The notes: generated by a model from the letters alone, not told the origin. A DNA stretch of 64,000 bases from Lama guanicoe (GCA_013239625.1 MU053472.1:3011822-3075821), one strand, 5' to 3'. Positions 22,041-35,770 are shown, counted from the first letter of the stretch. A program made the numbers and translations.

Positions 22041-25000
22041 TCCAGGTGCAGAAAATTTAGCACTTGAACAAGGGTAGCTGAGGATTCATGGGCTGGTGGA
22101 AGCAATTGGCATGGAGGATCTGATGGCATGGAGGCCCAAAGATAACTTTATAGATCCCAATCTACTAGTTGGGGAATTCTCATCCTACAAGTAATTCTTA
22201 TTTTAGTTTTGTATTTCATGATCCAAAGTCAAACTAAATGAAAAGTTATACAAAAAGAGATTCTATGCTTTCCCCCGTCCCTAGCTCTTTTACTTCATGG
22301 GTAATTAATTTTTGTTTGTTTTTTTTTTTGTTTATTCTTCCAGTGTTTATGCAAATATAATCAAATGTGAATATGTTTTTTATTTCCCTATATTCGTTAT
22401 GCAAGAGATAGCATGCTTGTCTCTGTTTAACATGCATTTTATCTCTTCAGTATAGGTTCATTCAAAGAGAGCCCTTCTTTGAAATTCTGTAGTGCCTTTG
22501 ATTATTCCTGGTTGCTTTCCACATAATATTTGAAGTCGCTCAGAGCCTTATTTTGCATATCCTACCACTTCTCTGCTCTGTTGCCCTGGAGACATCTTGG
22601 TTTAATACTGGAGAGTCCTCTTTCACCAGAATTAGAGAATTCAAATCAAGGAGCCAAAATGAGGGTCCAACTCTAAACTAAAAACAAAACAAAACAAAAT
22701 GAATCTAGAAAGTCCAAATTCAATACCAACAAACAGCCTGTTGCAGGTGGTGGAGCGGGGATAGCTCTGAAAATTAAAATGCCAAGAAGTCTAAATTTTT
22801 AGACCAAAAATAGAGACTGGCATTGACAGGTACATAGGCAAATATCCCAGAAAGAAGTGGGTATATTGCCACCAAATGACTCATGATTTTGAATAGATGT
22901 CAAATACAGTCCTCTTGGTTGGGCAAAAATCTCTGATGAGAGTAATACACTGACCCGTAGCATTTTTCAACAGGCTGTGGCTTAAACGGGCCTGACAGCC
23001 TCAGAACTCAGACCTGAAAACATGGGATAATTTACTTGGGACAGTGTGAAAGAGAACATTTTCAAACTGATTCTGTATGATGAATCTAAAATTAACCTTT
23101 TTAAGAAAAATTATATTTAGCCTTCACTATGAGAGAAAGTGTCTAAAGGAATATGAATTTCAATGAAACAATGGGTTGAAAATGAAAGGCAATCTACAGA
23201 TATAATTTCACTGCAGAGAGACGATAATTTACCCTATTCTACTGTTTGGCGCTTGGATAGAACGAACACAGTACTTGGCACACAACTGGATACTGAGTAA
23301 GTCTTTCTGGGTGAATAAAGAGATGAATTTCTCTGCACAATGTGTTCATCATTGTTTTCCCGCAATACCTAGAGGCAAACCAGCATGTTAACTTAGTTTA
23401 TTTGCGCACTTATATATTTAGTAAAGGAAAATTATTTTAAGAAAAGAGATTAACCATTGGATCTTATTTTTCTGGTCACTTTTTCTTCTCTTAAATTACA
23501 GACTGTGTATTGACACACCCAGTGAGGGCTGTTTTCTCTGGATTGGCTAGCTTTTAAGTGGGTTACATAAACACATTTCCATTTTTATGGTTTCATGCAG
23601 GTCTTAATTAGAAATAAATGAGCCAAGCACTCTTTTCTTTTATCCTTCAAAAATTAGCATTTTTGCTTACTTCCCTTTTGATCTTCTAAAATTTCAATTG
23701 GGGAGTTAGAAGAGTCATGAGAAAAAAATTGTTTTTAAGTTTTAGATAAATGTATTTGCCACTGTGTTTTACCAAACCACAAACCCCAAGGAATAAATGA
23801 AAATTCAAAGCAGACATTCACAAAGGAAAAAACAAAAAAAACAAAAAACCTTGCAATATACTATGGTTTCTGTAAAACATAGCCTTAATAATTAGGAGTT
23901 AAAGCTTCATCTTTTCAGCCCTAAAAATGAAATATTTGTTTGCTGGTCAGGTGATGTTGGGGATGCATTTCCAGATGCTGGGTTCTCAAGAAACAATTAT
24001 TGAACATACTTTATACTCAGATATGTGCTATTATTAATTAAGGTAAATATTGTATCATCAAATTTCATCTATCATCAAATTTCAATAATTTTGTTTTGGG
24101 TGCAATAAAGCAACCAAAGAACCTACGTATATTTTGGAGCTAATACTATTATTCTAAGAAAGCACATTTTATAAGAGCTAATCTGGCATTAAACTTATTC
24201 TAGTCATGAATCCAATAGGCTCAAACTGCGACTCAGCTCATAGATTTACACTTGTAAAATAAGCAAGATTTCAATTAAAACTCAATAGGTTATACGTAAG
24301 GATCAATTAACTTTTGCCCTGGGGCACCTGCCATTTTCTGCCTAATAGAAAACACTTCACTTTCAGTTTTATTTCCAATTTCACTCACACACCATGTGTG
24401 AAATATACGTTCTTGGCACAGTATATTATACAATGGAGTTTGATCACTTGCATGTGTTTCTGATGTTTACAATACCTGCATTATCTTCAGAAGGTGCTAC
24501 GGAGTTTACGAGGCTGAACAACAAGCAACAGGAAAACAAGCTGGTTCACAATTTGAATAGACAGGAATGTGTAACCAAAGAACAATGAGAACACTTCTTG
24601 TTTGTGGCTTTTTTAGAATGTAGTAAACAACTCTCTTTTAAGGATGGGTCACCAACCAAAAACTGTTATGAAACAAAACCTTAAGCTTTGCAGAAGAGAA
24701 ACTAGCTTATTAGACGAGTAATTTGCAGAGAGAAATAAAGGCAATGGTGAAATCCACAAGACTTGGCCATCAAGAAACCTGAACTTACATACATTTACCT
24801 ACTACTAAGGGCCTTTGAATCTGTTACGATGCGCACCTTAAAATCAGTGCAATTAAAAAACAAACAACTACAAACATTACAACTTTCCCTTTGTTTTTCT
24901 TCTCCCTTAACAGCTAACAACCCCATTACAGCTTCAGTTTTGTCTTTCTTTGCTCATCAAGTACTTTCGACTCACTTTTACTCTTTACAAATGTAATTGA

Positions 25001-25293
25001 CAATGATGCTGTTATAAATATCAAATTACCTGCTTTATAACGACAAAATGTCACTGTTAAATTCTAAATCCACTTTGCTTATAAAAATGTCTTTATGAAA
25101 TGAGTCATTTTTCTTTCAGGGGTTCTTAGGGCTGAGAACATCATAAGTTTTAAAAATATATCAGGGCACAGATCTTCTCGGTCTGATATCATTTTATTGG
25201 GCGTTGACATCTAATATATTTGTGCCTCTGTCCCATTTGTGTGTTGGGACTGTTATTTATATTAGACCTGAAGTTTTACAAAGTAGTTGATGA

Positions 25294-25424
25294 GGGGGGA
25301 GGGGATAGCTCAGTGGTAGAGTGCCTTCCTAACACGCACAAGGTCCTGGGTTCAGTCCCCAGTACCTCCACTTAAATAATAAGTCAATAAATAAACCTAA
25401 TTCTTTCCTCCCATAAGAAACAAA
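25294..25424 (+). mobile_element. tRNA-derived SINE (Vic-1-like)
   Basis: SINE head and tail; perfect 14-bp TSD AAAGTAGTTGATGA at 25280-25293 and 25425-25438. Confidence 0.95.
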
Positions 25425-27249
25425 AAAGTAGTTGATGAAGGACTAAAATAAATTTATGTCAGGCTTTTAGCCACTAACTATCATGATACATTTTCTATGT
25501 GCTATGTGTGTGTTTCTATATACAGTATTTCCAGAACATCATAGTTTTGCTGTTTACTTGGTAGAATTTGCAACTCCTTCAGTTATCTTAGAGAGGTTTT
25601 TTAATCTTAAATCTTTAATCTTTGTTTAAGGACAAGATTAAATTGCTTACATTTAAAATAAACGTAATACATATATTTTAAAATAAATATATACATTACA
25701 TCACCTTTGGAGAAAGAAGGAATAATTCCAAACTAAACTCAAGGAGATGTGGGAATTTCTTGGCCCTAGATTAATTTACTTAAAACAGAGAACTCCTTGT
25801 CCACGTCTGGTGGCAAAAGAGACATTCTCATGATCAATATTCTACGAGATTCTATCCAACAAGCATGAACAGAGTTGCCTTTTCTGAATGTTGTGTGCAT
25901 AGTTTAGGTAAAAAAGGATATGTCTAGAAAGGAGGAATGGGGGAGGAAATAAATTCCTGGGACGGTAAGCACTCTAACGACTTAAACATTATTCAGCACA
26001 CGTGCTAGTCAGCTCATGTTGCTAACTGAGTATGGGTCCCAGGAGATTAATAAATGTACCTATCACCTTTGGAGAACTCCAGTTACAGGTCAGCCATTTC
26101 CTCTTCCTGTCCCTGCCTCTCAGTAAGTGACTTCTGTTTCACATTATCCAGAGTGGCCAAGTCCAACTGAAGTAAAACATCATGGTTCTTAACGAGGAGA
26201 GTTTCAAATACCTCTTGCCTTCATAGTGAGCTTTCAGTGAACAGCCAGGCATCAAGAGTTACTATTAAAAAGAGCTATATTTTCTTTATAGCCAGTTCTT
26301 GCCCTGAGACTGAAGCGTGTTTGGTTAAGGATCCTAAGTTGAGACAGGCTCCCTTCATTTAAAAAAAAAAAAAGATTAAGAACAAGTTCTGCAATGTTTT
26401 TATAATAATTCAAACTGAAAGCAAATGAATGTTCCACTTTTTAGGCACAGACCAAAAAAATGAGGATCTGTTTCATTTTATTTATTTTTCAAGTTATTGC
26501 CAAGAAAAGACCATTCTTTACACAAGCCTGTTTGGATTGAGTCTGAGAGGTAAAGAAATGGATTCTTTGTCTTAAGAGGAACGATGCTACAGGTCCAAGA
26601 AGAAGAAAAGGACCAAGGGGGGTTGACAAAACTGTTCGCTGCTCAGACTTGAAGGGACTGTCTCTGACTTGAGATACTTAAGGATAGGCCTTTTTTTTTT
26701 TTTTTCTTAATGGCTGTTTCGGTGGTATTCACCCTTCATACTTTTCTTCTCTGAAACCTTGCACAACCAAATTCAATTATTATTTTTATTCTTACTCTTG
26801 AACAGGTATGTGCTCTTTCCCACCCTCTTTGCCGTCTCTCCATTTCCTCAAGGCTTCACGGCTCTTCCTTCGTCTGCCTGACCCTCTCTTCACTCTTTCT
26901 TACCCTTCGCCCCGAACTCTTTTTGTTTACTAAGCTGTGTTTGCAGGTTGCCTGCCACGTACCAAGCACATTTCTCATGAAGGCCTCAGGCGTGTTCCTG
27001 TCATCTGCTCCCCATGGGCGGCCCACGTACTTACTACCCAGTCCTGTCATTCCTGAGTCCCCCTTGTCCTACTCATCCCTTCTCAAAAGATGCAGCCAGG
27101 AGCTCCTAACACTGAGAACAAATCCAAGCAGAACGAAAATGAAAACCAGCCAAAGAAAATGTCCCCATTTCCCCTTTTCATGTTTATGAGGAACTATATG
27201 ATGTGGGTCTCCATCTGTGTTATCTCACTTCGTTTATACAGTTCGTGAG

Positions 27250-27625
27250 AGAAAGAGATTCGATTCCTGGCTCTGCCACTTATTGTCTGGGTGATTCTTG
27301 GACACGTTACTTAACCAGATGCCCGAAATCCTTTCTGGAACAAGGCAATGGTATAAATAAATAAACGATCTTGCTCAGACTTAATTTCCTAATTATAGAG
27401 GAAAGATTGCTTGGAGGTTAAAAGTACAGGCTTGACTTAAACATACTTGGGTGGGAGTCTGGGACTTTCCGCTGACTCGATCTAAGGCCTTGGTTTCCTC
27501 ATTTGTGAAATGGAGCCAATAATAATATCAACTTCATAAGGCTGTGGTGAGCATTGAATGAGATAATGCATAGAAAGCTTTCAACATAGTGCCTGGTGCT
27601 CCATAAACGTTAATTATTATTATCA
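27250..27625 (+). mobile_element. MIR (two adjacent pieces)
   Basis: CCTGGCTCTGCCACTTATT...TTACTTAACC; GGTTTCCTCATTTGTGAAATGG...AATGAGATAATGCAT...CATAGTGCCTGG. Confidence 0.8.
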
Positions 27626-27709
27626 CTGATGATATTTTTAATAAGGCAGCATCGTGACAATTAAAATCTTGGAGGCTGTATCAAGGAGTTAAAAGTGAAA
27701 TACCATTTT

Positions 27710-28805
27710 ATAGAAATAATCGACTATGAAATAATAATAAACATATATATCGGTCTCTGTCCCCAGTTCCTGGCATAGAGCTCCTAAAACTCTTGTAAAT
27801 AGGGATGCTAAGGGGGAGGGGATAGCTCAGTGGTAGAACACAAGCCCACCATGCATGAGGTCCTGAGTTCAATCCCCAGCCCCTCCATTAAAATAAATAC
27901 ATAAATAAACCTAATTACCTTCCCCCGCCAAATAGATAAAATAGGGATGCTAGAAGTTTCTTTTGTTCTAACATTTACCTTTGACCCTGAATCCTCACAC
28001 TGAGCTCCTGAGGTCTTTATAACTTCCTTGGTGATAGGAGAATCTGACACAGATCTTTTAAATCCTTTGAAATTTCCTGGGTGATAGGAACATCTTTTGT
28101 CCTAATAAGGTGATTCTTGGTGGGCTCTTGGATGGTGGATGGTCACCAGAAAGACCGTGCAATGAAAGAAGCTTGGAAATTTCAGCTCACTCCTCGCACC
28201 TTTCTCCAGAGAAGGGAGAAAGACTAGTAATGGAATTAACGATCGATCATGCCTGTGTAATGAAGCCTCATAAATATACCAATAATACAGGGTTCGGAGA
28301 GCTTCTGGGTTGGTGAACACATCTACCTACCAGGAAGGTGGCACACCTAGTTTCCCAAGGACAGGAGCTCCTACGCTTGGACACTTCTGCATCCTATATA
28401 TCTCTGCATCTGGTGTTCACTCATCTTTTATTCTATCCTTTGTAATAGACCAGTGAACATAAAGTGTTTCCCTGAAGTTCTGTGACAATTCTAGCTAACT
28501 GTTGAGCCCAAAGAGGGGGACATGTGAACTCTGATTTATAGCCAGTGGGTCAGAGGTACCGGTGACTATCTGAGCCTTATAATTGGCATCTGAAGTGAGA
28601 ATGCTCTTCTGCATTTGAATGCTTAACCTGTGATTCCAACAGGTTAAGGTAACCCCAGGTGGATGCTGTCAGAACTGAATTGCATTGTAAGGACACTCAG
28701 TTCGTGTTGAAAGTTGCTTGATGTGTGGAAAACCCACACATTTGGTGTTACAAGTATTGTGTAGTAATAGTGTGAGAATAAAGAAGAAACACAGGAGTGT
28801 TTTCC
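27710..28805 (+). mobile_element. ERVL LTR (MER21-like) interrupted by a SINE
   Basis: CCCAGTTCCTGGCATAGAGCTCCTAAAAC, GGGTTCGGAGAGCTTCTGGGTTGGTGAACAC, AAAACCCACACATTTGGTGT. Confidence 0.8.
27811..27938 (+). mobile_element. tRNA-derived SINE (Vic-1-like)
   Basis: Perfect TSD AAATAGGGATGCTA at 27797-27810 and 27939-27952. Confidence 0.95.
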
Positions 28806-28974
28806 CAACTCTCCTGCATTAAAAGAATTCCAAGCACATTTAAGTAATATCGATTCTACTTTTACTTATTAACACTCCCTTTTAAAATAAATTTATTGTC
28901 TTTTCTCATCATAGATGTGCAAACACACTTGCTTGCAAATGTTCTATGTTCTTTTAAACATCTAAAATACATAT

Positions 28975-29130
28975 ATGTTATACTTATCAAAACTCATCAA
29001 ATTGTTCATCTCAAATATGTGTAGTTTACTGTACAGGAATCACACCATAATAAAGGTGTTAAAAATACATACATGTTGCACACCTGAAACTGACATAATG
29101 TTGTACATCAACTATACCTCAATAAAAAAA
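28975..29130 (+). mobile_element. two adjacent short L1 3' termini
   Basis: CAAAACTCATCAAATTGT...AATAAAG (older L1M-like), then ACACCTGAAACTGACATAATGTTGTACATCAACTATACCTCAATAAAAAA (artiodactyl-type). Confidence 0.7.
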
Positions 29131-29169
29131 ATTTTTACTGTATATATATATTTATTTATTTTTATAAAA

Positions 29170-29630
29170 CTAGGGACATACTGTACATACTATTTATAAC
29201 TTGCTTTTTTAATTTAATAGTACATAATGGACAGTGTCCATGTGAACAAATATGGGACCACATCATAATTTCTAATGGCTATAAAGCACTCTAACATATG
29301 GCTGTATCATCATTATTTAACTAGTTTCCTATTGTTGGACAATTAGGGGATCTCCAATGTTGCTATTCCAAGCAATAATAAAATAACCAATCATCTATAT
29401 TTTTGCTCAATTAATTAATTTTCTTTTAGAAAAATTTTTAAATGTGAAATTGATTGATTAAAGAGTATGTACTTAAAATATGTATGTATATATTTTAGTG
29501 TACTATCAAACTGACTCCCAGAAGAAAGCCAAGGCAATTTTCTTGCAACAGCAGAGCATGAGAATGCCTGTTTCCACACAACTGCGCCAGCAATGGGGTG
29601 TGGTAAACTTTACATCTTTGCAAATCTAAT
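29170..29630 (-). mobile_element. old L1 (L1ME-like) fragment
   Basis: ATATGGCTGTATCATCATTATTTAAC...CCTATTGTTGGACAATTAGG...CAGCAGAGCATGAGAATGCCTGTTTCC. Confidence 0.7.
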
Positions 29631-29634
29631 CACA

Positions 29635-29915
29635 CTGGCTCAACCACAGAGTTGTGGTATGACCCGAGCTTGGCCAACCAAACTTTCTCCAGGACTTTGA
29701 ACCTTGTCTGGAGTGACCCAGAGATGGAAGAAACCACAGAGGGAGATAGCTGAGCAGTTCCTACTACCAAGACATTCTGGAAGTGCCAGCCTCCTATCTC
29801 TCTTCTTCAGCTTTCTTGACCGCTCCTGTTACATCCTCACGTTTTCCATCAAATTTCCTTTTCCTTAGGTAGCTAGAATTGGTTTTTGTAGCTTGTAACC
29901 AAACTGAACTATCAA
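29635..29915 (+). mobile_element. MaLR LTR fragment
   Basis: TGACCCGAGCTTGGCCAACCA...AAATTTCCTTTTCCTTAGGTAGCTAGAATTGGTTTTTGTAGCTTGTAACCAAA. Confidence 0.6.
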
Positions 29916-30825
29916 GCATGTTGTTGAATATATGTCTGAGGCTCAGTCGGTGGGGGACGGTGAGGGGGAAATCTGGGCAGGGGATGTAAATTTGGGTGAC
30001 ACCAACAATCCTATGAACTCCAGAAGGAGATGAAGTTAAACCTCTAACTCCCAACCTTCTTCTAGGAACACCATTAATTTCTTCAGAATGAATTTGATTT
30101 TTAATTTACCTTCATGTCTTAGGCAGAAACCAAAGTGCAGACTAACTATCCTGATTCACTTAAGTACTATAGATGTGTTTGTAATGAAAAAAAAGTATAT
30201 ATATGTACACACACACACGATTAACATTATAAAATTAATGTGTTTTTTTTTTTTTGAATGAAACCACGACAAGCAAACAAAATTTTTGAACTGGAGCCCA
30301 GGCTCACCTGGGACATTTCTTTAAAATTCAAATTAATTTCTCTTCGGCCCACATTCTCATCTATTTGCCTAAGCAAAGAAGACGTTAACTTTTCATTTCA
30401 TTTAGCTCATCTCATTTCCAGCCGAAGAACAAAGGCTTAACTCCAAATGTCGGTCCAGGAGTGTCCCCTAAGAGTACCAGACACTGTTGCATAAAATAAT
30501 AATGTTATTTATTTCTGTGGCAGTTTTGCCACGGAACTACCTAGGATTTAATGCCAATTTCCTCGATATTTATGTATCCAAGCCAGTTTCCCTGATATTT
30601 ATATACCCCAGTGAACAGAGTTCAGTATTGTATACGGTAATTTCTAAATAAAAAGGCCTTTTCTTCAGAAAAGATTAAAAAAAAAAAACCCATGAAAAGA
30701 GTGTTTTAGTGCTGACCATAGTAAACCAGCAAGAGCATGAAGGAGGTTGGGGGAAGGGCGATTAAGATGTGGGACGGTTGCTCTGCTTATGACGTGCCTA
30801 ATTTTGGATCAACAAGTTCCCTTAG

Positions 30826-31059
30826 GAAGAGGCAGGGAGGGATAAATTACGAATATGGGACTACCATACAGAAAATAGATAAACAACAAGTTTCTACTGT
30901 ATGGCACAGGGAACTATATTCAATATCTTATAATAATCTCATGGAAGATAATAAAAAAAGAATATAGATACATACATACATATGTATAAGCGAATCACTT
31001 TGCTGTACACCTGGAACTAACACAATATTGTAAATCACTTTTATTTCCAGGAAAAAAAA
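30826..31059 (+). mobile_element. 5'-truncated L1 3' UTR (artiodactyl-type)
   Basis: GCACAGGGAACTATATTCAATATCTT...GAATCACTTTGCTGTACACCTG; A tail; perfect TSD AAGTTCCCTTAG at 30814-30825 and 31060-31071. Confidence 0.92.
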
Positions 31060-31419
31060 AAGTTCCCTTAGATGACACCAGAACAGTGCACAGTGCCTAG
31101 TGACAATGCCTGAGTCAAATGTCTGTTGAAAGTTAATAAATGATGCTGTTTAAATAAAAGATAGCTTGCAGATAAGGGAAAAACTGGATGAATTAGGTAA
31201 AAAAAAAATTGCCTATTTGTTGTTATTGGCTAGGAAATGCTAGAACAAGAAGGATACTTAGAGGTGACCTAAGTTGCTTCCTGTATCTCAATTCATAAAT
31301 GAAACTATGGGTGTCCAAATAGATTAATGACTTTTTCAGACACGGTGCTTGAGTTTTCAAACAGTGAAAAGCAATCTTATTGTTTTGTACATCCTTAACT
31401 TTGGTTCTTATACCTGATC

Positions 31420-31575
31420 AGTGTTTCGGTCACTATTACTACATAATCAATTATCCCCCAAACTTAGTGATGTAAAACAACCACCATGTGATTTGGCTTG
31501 TGATTTTATGAGTCAGGAAACTGGAGGGAGCTCCAGTGGGCAGTTTTATCTTGGGCTCTCTCACTTGGCTGCAAA
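31420..31575 (-). mobile_element. MaLR LTR 3' end fragment
   Basis: CCCCCAAACTTAGTGATGTAAAACAAC...TGATTTTATGAGTCAGGAA. Confidence 0.7.
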
Positions 31576-31899
31576 TAATGCTCACTCTAAGGTCAGAAAA
31601 CACACACACACACAGAGAAATATTTCAGCTTAGATTTTACCTGTGGATTTAACAATGATCTCTTTCACCCACTTGCAGTGGCTTTTTACTGCCTTAAAAA
31701 AATTTAATCTTTTTTTCTTTACTTCCAGCGCATCCTCGGTCATAATCACTAGCTTCTACATCACACCTTCACAGATTACTCAAAGTCACTTTATTTTATC
31801 ATCTCATTCCTAACTCTCAACCTGATTTCAGGCTAAATCCTCTTCTGGAAGTGGCCTATCAATTGCATTGATCTCACTGGACTGCCCCAGTCCATTATG

Positions 31900-32120
31900 A
31901 AATAGTGGTTCAGAGCTTGCAGCTCTGGCATCCAGCAGACCCAGTTCATCCCTGCTGGGCCACCCTGGGATCAGATGACCTTGGGGAAGTTGCTCTCTTT
32001 GCCTCAATTTCTCCATCAGCAGGATAGTAAGAGTACCTATTCCACAGGTGCAAAGGTTAAAAGAGAAAATATCTGTAAACAGGATAAATCTCCAAGATAC
32101 ATATGAGTTATTACTGTTAA
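31900..32120 (+). mobile_element. MIR
   Basis: ATAGTGGTTCAGAGC...TGACCTTGGGGAAGTTGC...GCCTCAATTTCTCCATC. Confidence 0.7.
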
Positions 32121-32360
32121 AGAGCAGGCAGGCATGCAATCAGAGGCATCTCTCCTAACTCTTATCTAAAAACACGAAACGGTGCTCCTGTGCAGGTGAA
32201 CTGGAGAAGTCCATTCACAGGATGCCCCGGAAAGACTAGCACATGGTAGGCACTGGAGGTGGAAAATAATAAGACACATACCCTCCCTTCAACAGGCCTA
32301 AGACTAGTGGAGGAAGCAGACAGACAATGTGGTAGGTGATTGAATAAAGGTAGAGCAGGG

Positions 32361-33789
32361 AACCCACACACCTATGGTCAATTAATCTTCGACAAAGGAG
32401 GCAGGAATATACAATGGAGAAAAGACAGCCTCTTCAGCAAGTGGTGTTGGGAAAGCTGGACAGCCGCATGTAAATCAATGAAGTTAGAACACACCCTCAC
32501 ACCGTACACAAAAATAAATTCAAAATGACTTTAAGACTTGAATATAAGCCATGACACTATAAGCCTCCTACAAGAAAACACAGGAAAACATTCTCTGATA
32601 TAAATCTCAGCAACGTTCTCCTAGGACAGCCTACCTAGGCGATAGAAATAAAAGCAAAAATAAACAAATGGGACCCAGTTAAACTTACAAGATTTTGCAC
32701 AGCAAAGGGAACTATAAAAGAAACAAAAAGAACAATCTACTGAATGAGAGAAAATATTTGCAAACAATGTAACTGACAAAGGCTTAATTTCCAGGATATA
32801 CAAACAACTCATACAATTCAGTAACAAAAACCAAACAACTCAATCCAAAAATGGGCAGAAGACCTAAAGAAGCAATTCTCCAATGAAGACAGACAAATGA
32901 CCGATAAGCACATGAAAAAATGCTCAGTATTGCTAATTAACAGAGACATGAAAATCAAACCTCCAATGAGGCATCACCTCACACCAGTCAGAATCGCCAT
33001 CATTTGAAAGTCCACAAATGACAAATGCTGGAGAGGGTGTGGAGAAAAGGGAACCTTCCTCCACTGTTAGTGGGAATGTAATTTGGTGTAGCCACTGTGG
33101 AAAACAGTACAGAGATTCCTTAAAAAGCTAAAAATAGATTTACCAGAAGATCCAGCAATCCTTTTCCTTGGCACATACTCAGAGGGAACTCTAATTCGAA
33201 AAGATACATGCACCCCAACGTTCATAGCAGCACTATTTACAAATAGCCAAGACATGGAAGCATGTCCATCCACAGATGACTGGATAAAGAAGATGTGTAT
33301 AAATACACAATGGAATACTACTCAACCATAAAAAAGAATAAAATAATGCCATTTGCAGGAATATAGATGGACCTGGAGATTGTCATTCTAAGTGAAATAA
33401 GCCAGAAAAAGAAAGAAAAATACCATATGATATCACTTATATGTGGAATCTAAAAAAAAATGACACAACTGAACTTATTTACAAAGCAGAAACAGACTCA
33501 CAGACATAGAGAACAAGCTTATGGTTACCAGAGAAGGGGAAGGGGTGTAGGATTAAATTGGGAGCTTGAGATTTGCAGATACTGACTACTATATGTAGGA
33601 TAGATAAACAGCAAGGTCCTACTGTGTAGTACGGGGAACTATATTCAGTGCTTTGCAATAGCTTTTAATGAAAAGGAAAAGTAATATACATATACATATA
33701 TATATATATATAACTGAACCACTATGCTTGTACCTCCAGAAACTAACACAACATTGTAAACTGACTATATTCTTCAATTAAAAAAAAAA
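32361..33789 (+). mobile_element. 5'-truncated L1 (ORF2 C-terminus plus 3' UTR), lineage-specific
   Basis: [33 protein letters not shown] is L1 ORF2; disrupted by stops; ends in poly(A) at about 33780-33789; diverged TSD AAAGGTAGAGCAGG/AAAGGAAGAACACGG. Confidence 0.95.
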
Positions 33790-34174
33790 GGAAGAACACG
33801 GAACATGTTCATCATGACTGAGTGGGGCCAACACGATTCTCCCTGTGGCAACAATTGTTTTATGCAAGGGCATTTAGAAGGAGGCTGTGGACTCTTCCCC
33901 CATGTGACACAAAGAGGACCTTTTTTGCAAAGCAGGTTTTTTAATAGTAAAGCAGATTCAGACACGGAATCTGCTAGCACAGTGGCAGGGATGGTGGTTG
34001 CAATGGTGAATCTTGCAGTGGGTAAAAGCTCACTATGGATTGCATCGAATATTGCCTTAGCCTCATTCCAAACTTCGATGGATACGTGGATGGTGATACC
34101 CCTGGGCTGGCCAGGAGAGGCAGGACCAGGAATATAGCCAAGAGGGTCTGAGGGATAGTAAAGGGACAAATTAG

Positions 34175-34720
34175 CTATGTAATAAGAAACTTACCCTAGA
34201 GAGTTCTGACCTACGGCTTCAGCTATGGAGAGGTAACCACCAGGCCCCTGGAATGTCCTGCCTGACCGGAGTGGTATTTTTCGCCTGAGGCCTTTGGTCA
34301 TTGGACAGTCTAATAATGTGACTTATAATGAGGGCTTTGGGTCACACCATATCAGCTCCGACCTCCAGAAAGGTCAGTCAGAGGGACAATATGTGATCAA
34401 GCCCTGGTTAAAAACTCTGGACAACAAAGTTTTGGGTAAGCTGCCTTTGTGGGCAATACCATGCGTGTATTGTCACACATCAAGGTCAGGGCTCCACACC
34501 TCCATGCAGAGAGGATGACCGGAAGCTCCGTGTTTGGACCCTCCTGGACTCTGCCCTTGAGTCTCTTCCCTTGACTGATTATAATAAAACTGTACCCTTA
34601 AGGGTAGCACTTCCTGAGTTCTGCGAGTTGTTCTAGCAAATTATGGAAGTTGAGGTGGTAATGGGAACCTCTGACTTTGTAGCCAGCTAGTCTGAAGTGA
34701 GGGCAAGCTCGTGGGGACTG
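34175..34720 (+). mobile_element. ERVL LTR (MER21C-like)
   Basis: CCCCTGGAATGTCCTGCCTGA, AAAAACTCTGGACA, GTATTGTCACACATC, TGAGTTCTGCGAGTTGTTCTAGCAAATTAT. Confidence 0.78.
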
Positions 34721-35229
34721 GTTACTCAGAATGTACAGTTAGCTATACTCAGTAGAGTAGCTGAGTTGCCAGGACAAGGACCAGTGGGATCTGAAAGTCT
34801 TTACAGGTATCGAACTCTTCTTAACCCTCCAGGTTGTGCCGTGGCCCCCTCCCGGCACCTCTAACCATGGGGCACCCACCTCAAGTTCAGCACCTCTTTC
34901 CCACCATCCCAAGGCTCAGAGACCAATCCTGCCTTAGATTGTCGGGGGTTAAAGAGCACCGACCCAACACTCGGGGACTCAACCCCACCTCACGGCTGGG
35001 AATGGGGAGAAACGGGACACAGAGTTAAAGGCAAAGCCTTCAGCAACAGACCACCCGGCATAGCAGTCAGGGTCTCCCTAGAAAGAAGATCACAAAGAAG
35101 GACGTATTATAAAGGGGTTTTCTACAAAATAGCAGGTGCGGGGACCACAAGGGATTGGGCAGTAGCCTGGAATAGCAGCCCTCGACTCAGAGACCCGAGG
35201 GGAGGAGATAGGAGAGGATTCTGTGGAAG

Positions 35230-35375
35230 AATCCACTCTGTGGCTCAGCCAGACGAAAGCCACCTCTCCTTTCTTGCCCCTGATCTAGGGGGAGGCCACT
35301 GAGGCAGCCCATGCAGGTCAGCCTCAGGGGTGGAGAAGAGCGGAAAGTGGGTCTGGAGGGACAGATGGAAGCTAC
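35230..35375 (-). mobile_element. MaLR LTR fragment
   Basis: CATGCAGGTCAGCCTC...GGAAAGTGGGTCTGGAGGGACAGATGGA. Confidence 0.45.
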
Positions 35376-35379
35376 TCAG

Positions 35380-35545
35380 CGCTGGGTTCAAATCCTTGCT
35401 CTGTACCTACCAGCTGTGTGATCTTCAACAAGTCACATATGCTTAGTTCCTTCACTGATAAACAGAGAGCTTTAATAAGCAAGGACCAGAGGGAGGTAAT
35501 GCCCACGAAGCGCTTGGCATAGCACCTCCTTCACAATAAGGGGCT
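35380..35545 (+). mobile_element. MIR
   Basis: CTGGGTTCAAATCCTTGCTCTGTACCTACCAGCTGTGTGATCTTCAACAAGTCAC. Confidence 0.75.
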
Positions 35546-35770
35546 CAGAATCCGGCAGACACTACTTCTAAGCTGGATTGCCTCTCTGCCTCAACCTTCG
35601 TGCCCAGTTCTAACAACCAGGCTTCTGACTTGCTTCTGAGACCCAGTTGCCCCCAGTATCCTTTTCCCATCATTGAATCCAGGTTATTATCACTGTGCCA
35701 GAGGCCCTGTCTTGATTATTTTCCTAATCCTGGGGCCTCCTAGGAATGACAACTTGCTGCACGCTTGTAG

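Noticed and set aside
32340..32528. ORF with protein-like sequence (also 45127-45315 and 45423-45704)
   Set aside because: Fragments of truncated, disrupted L1 ORF2, not host genes
33951..33975. 9-bp stem hairpin AGCAGATTC/GAATCTGCT
   Set aside because: A few such stems are expected by chance in 64 kb; too short for a pre-miRNA
33774..34169. Overlapping 110-aa and 131-aa ORFs in unique sequence
   Set aside because: No recognisable domain or splice structure; lengths within chance expectation
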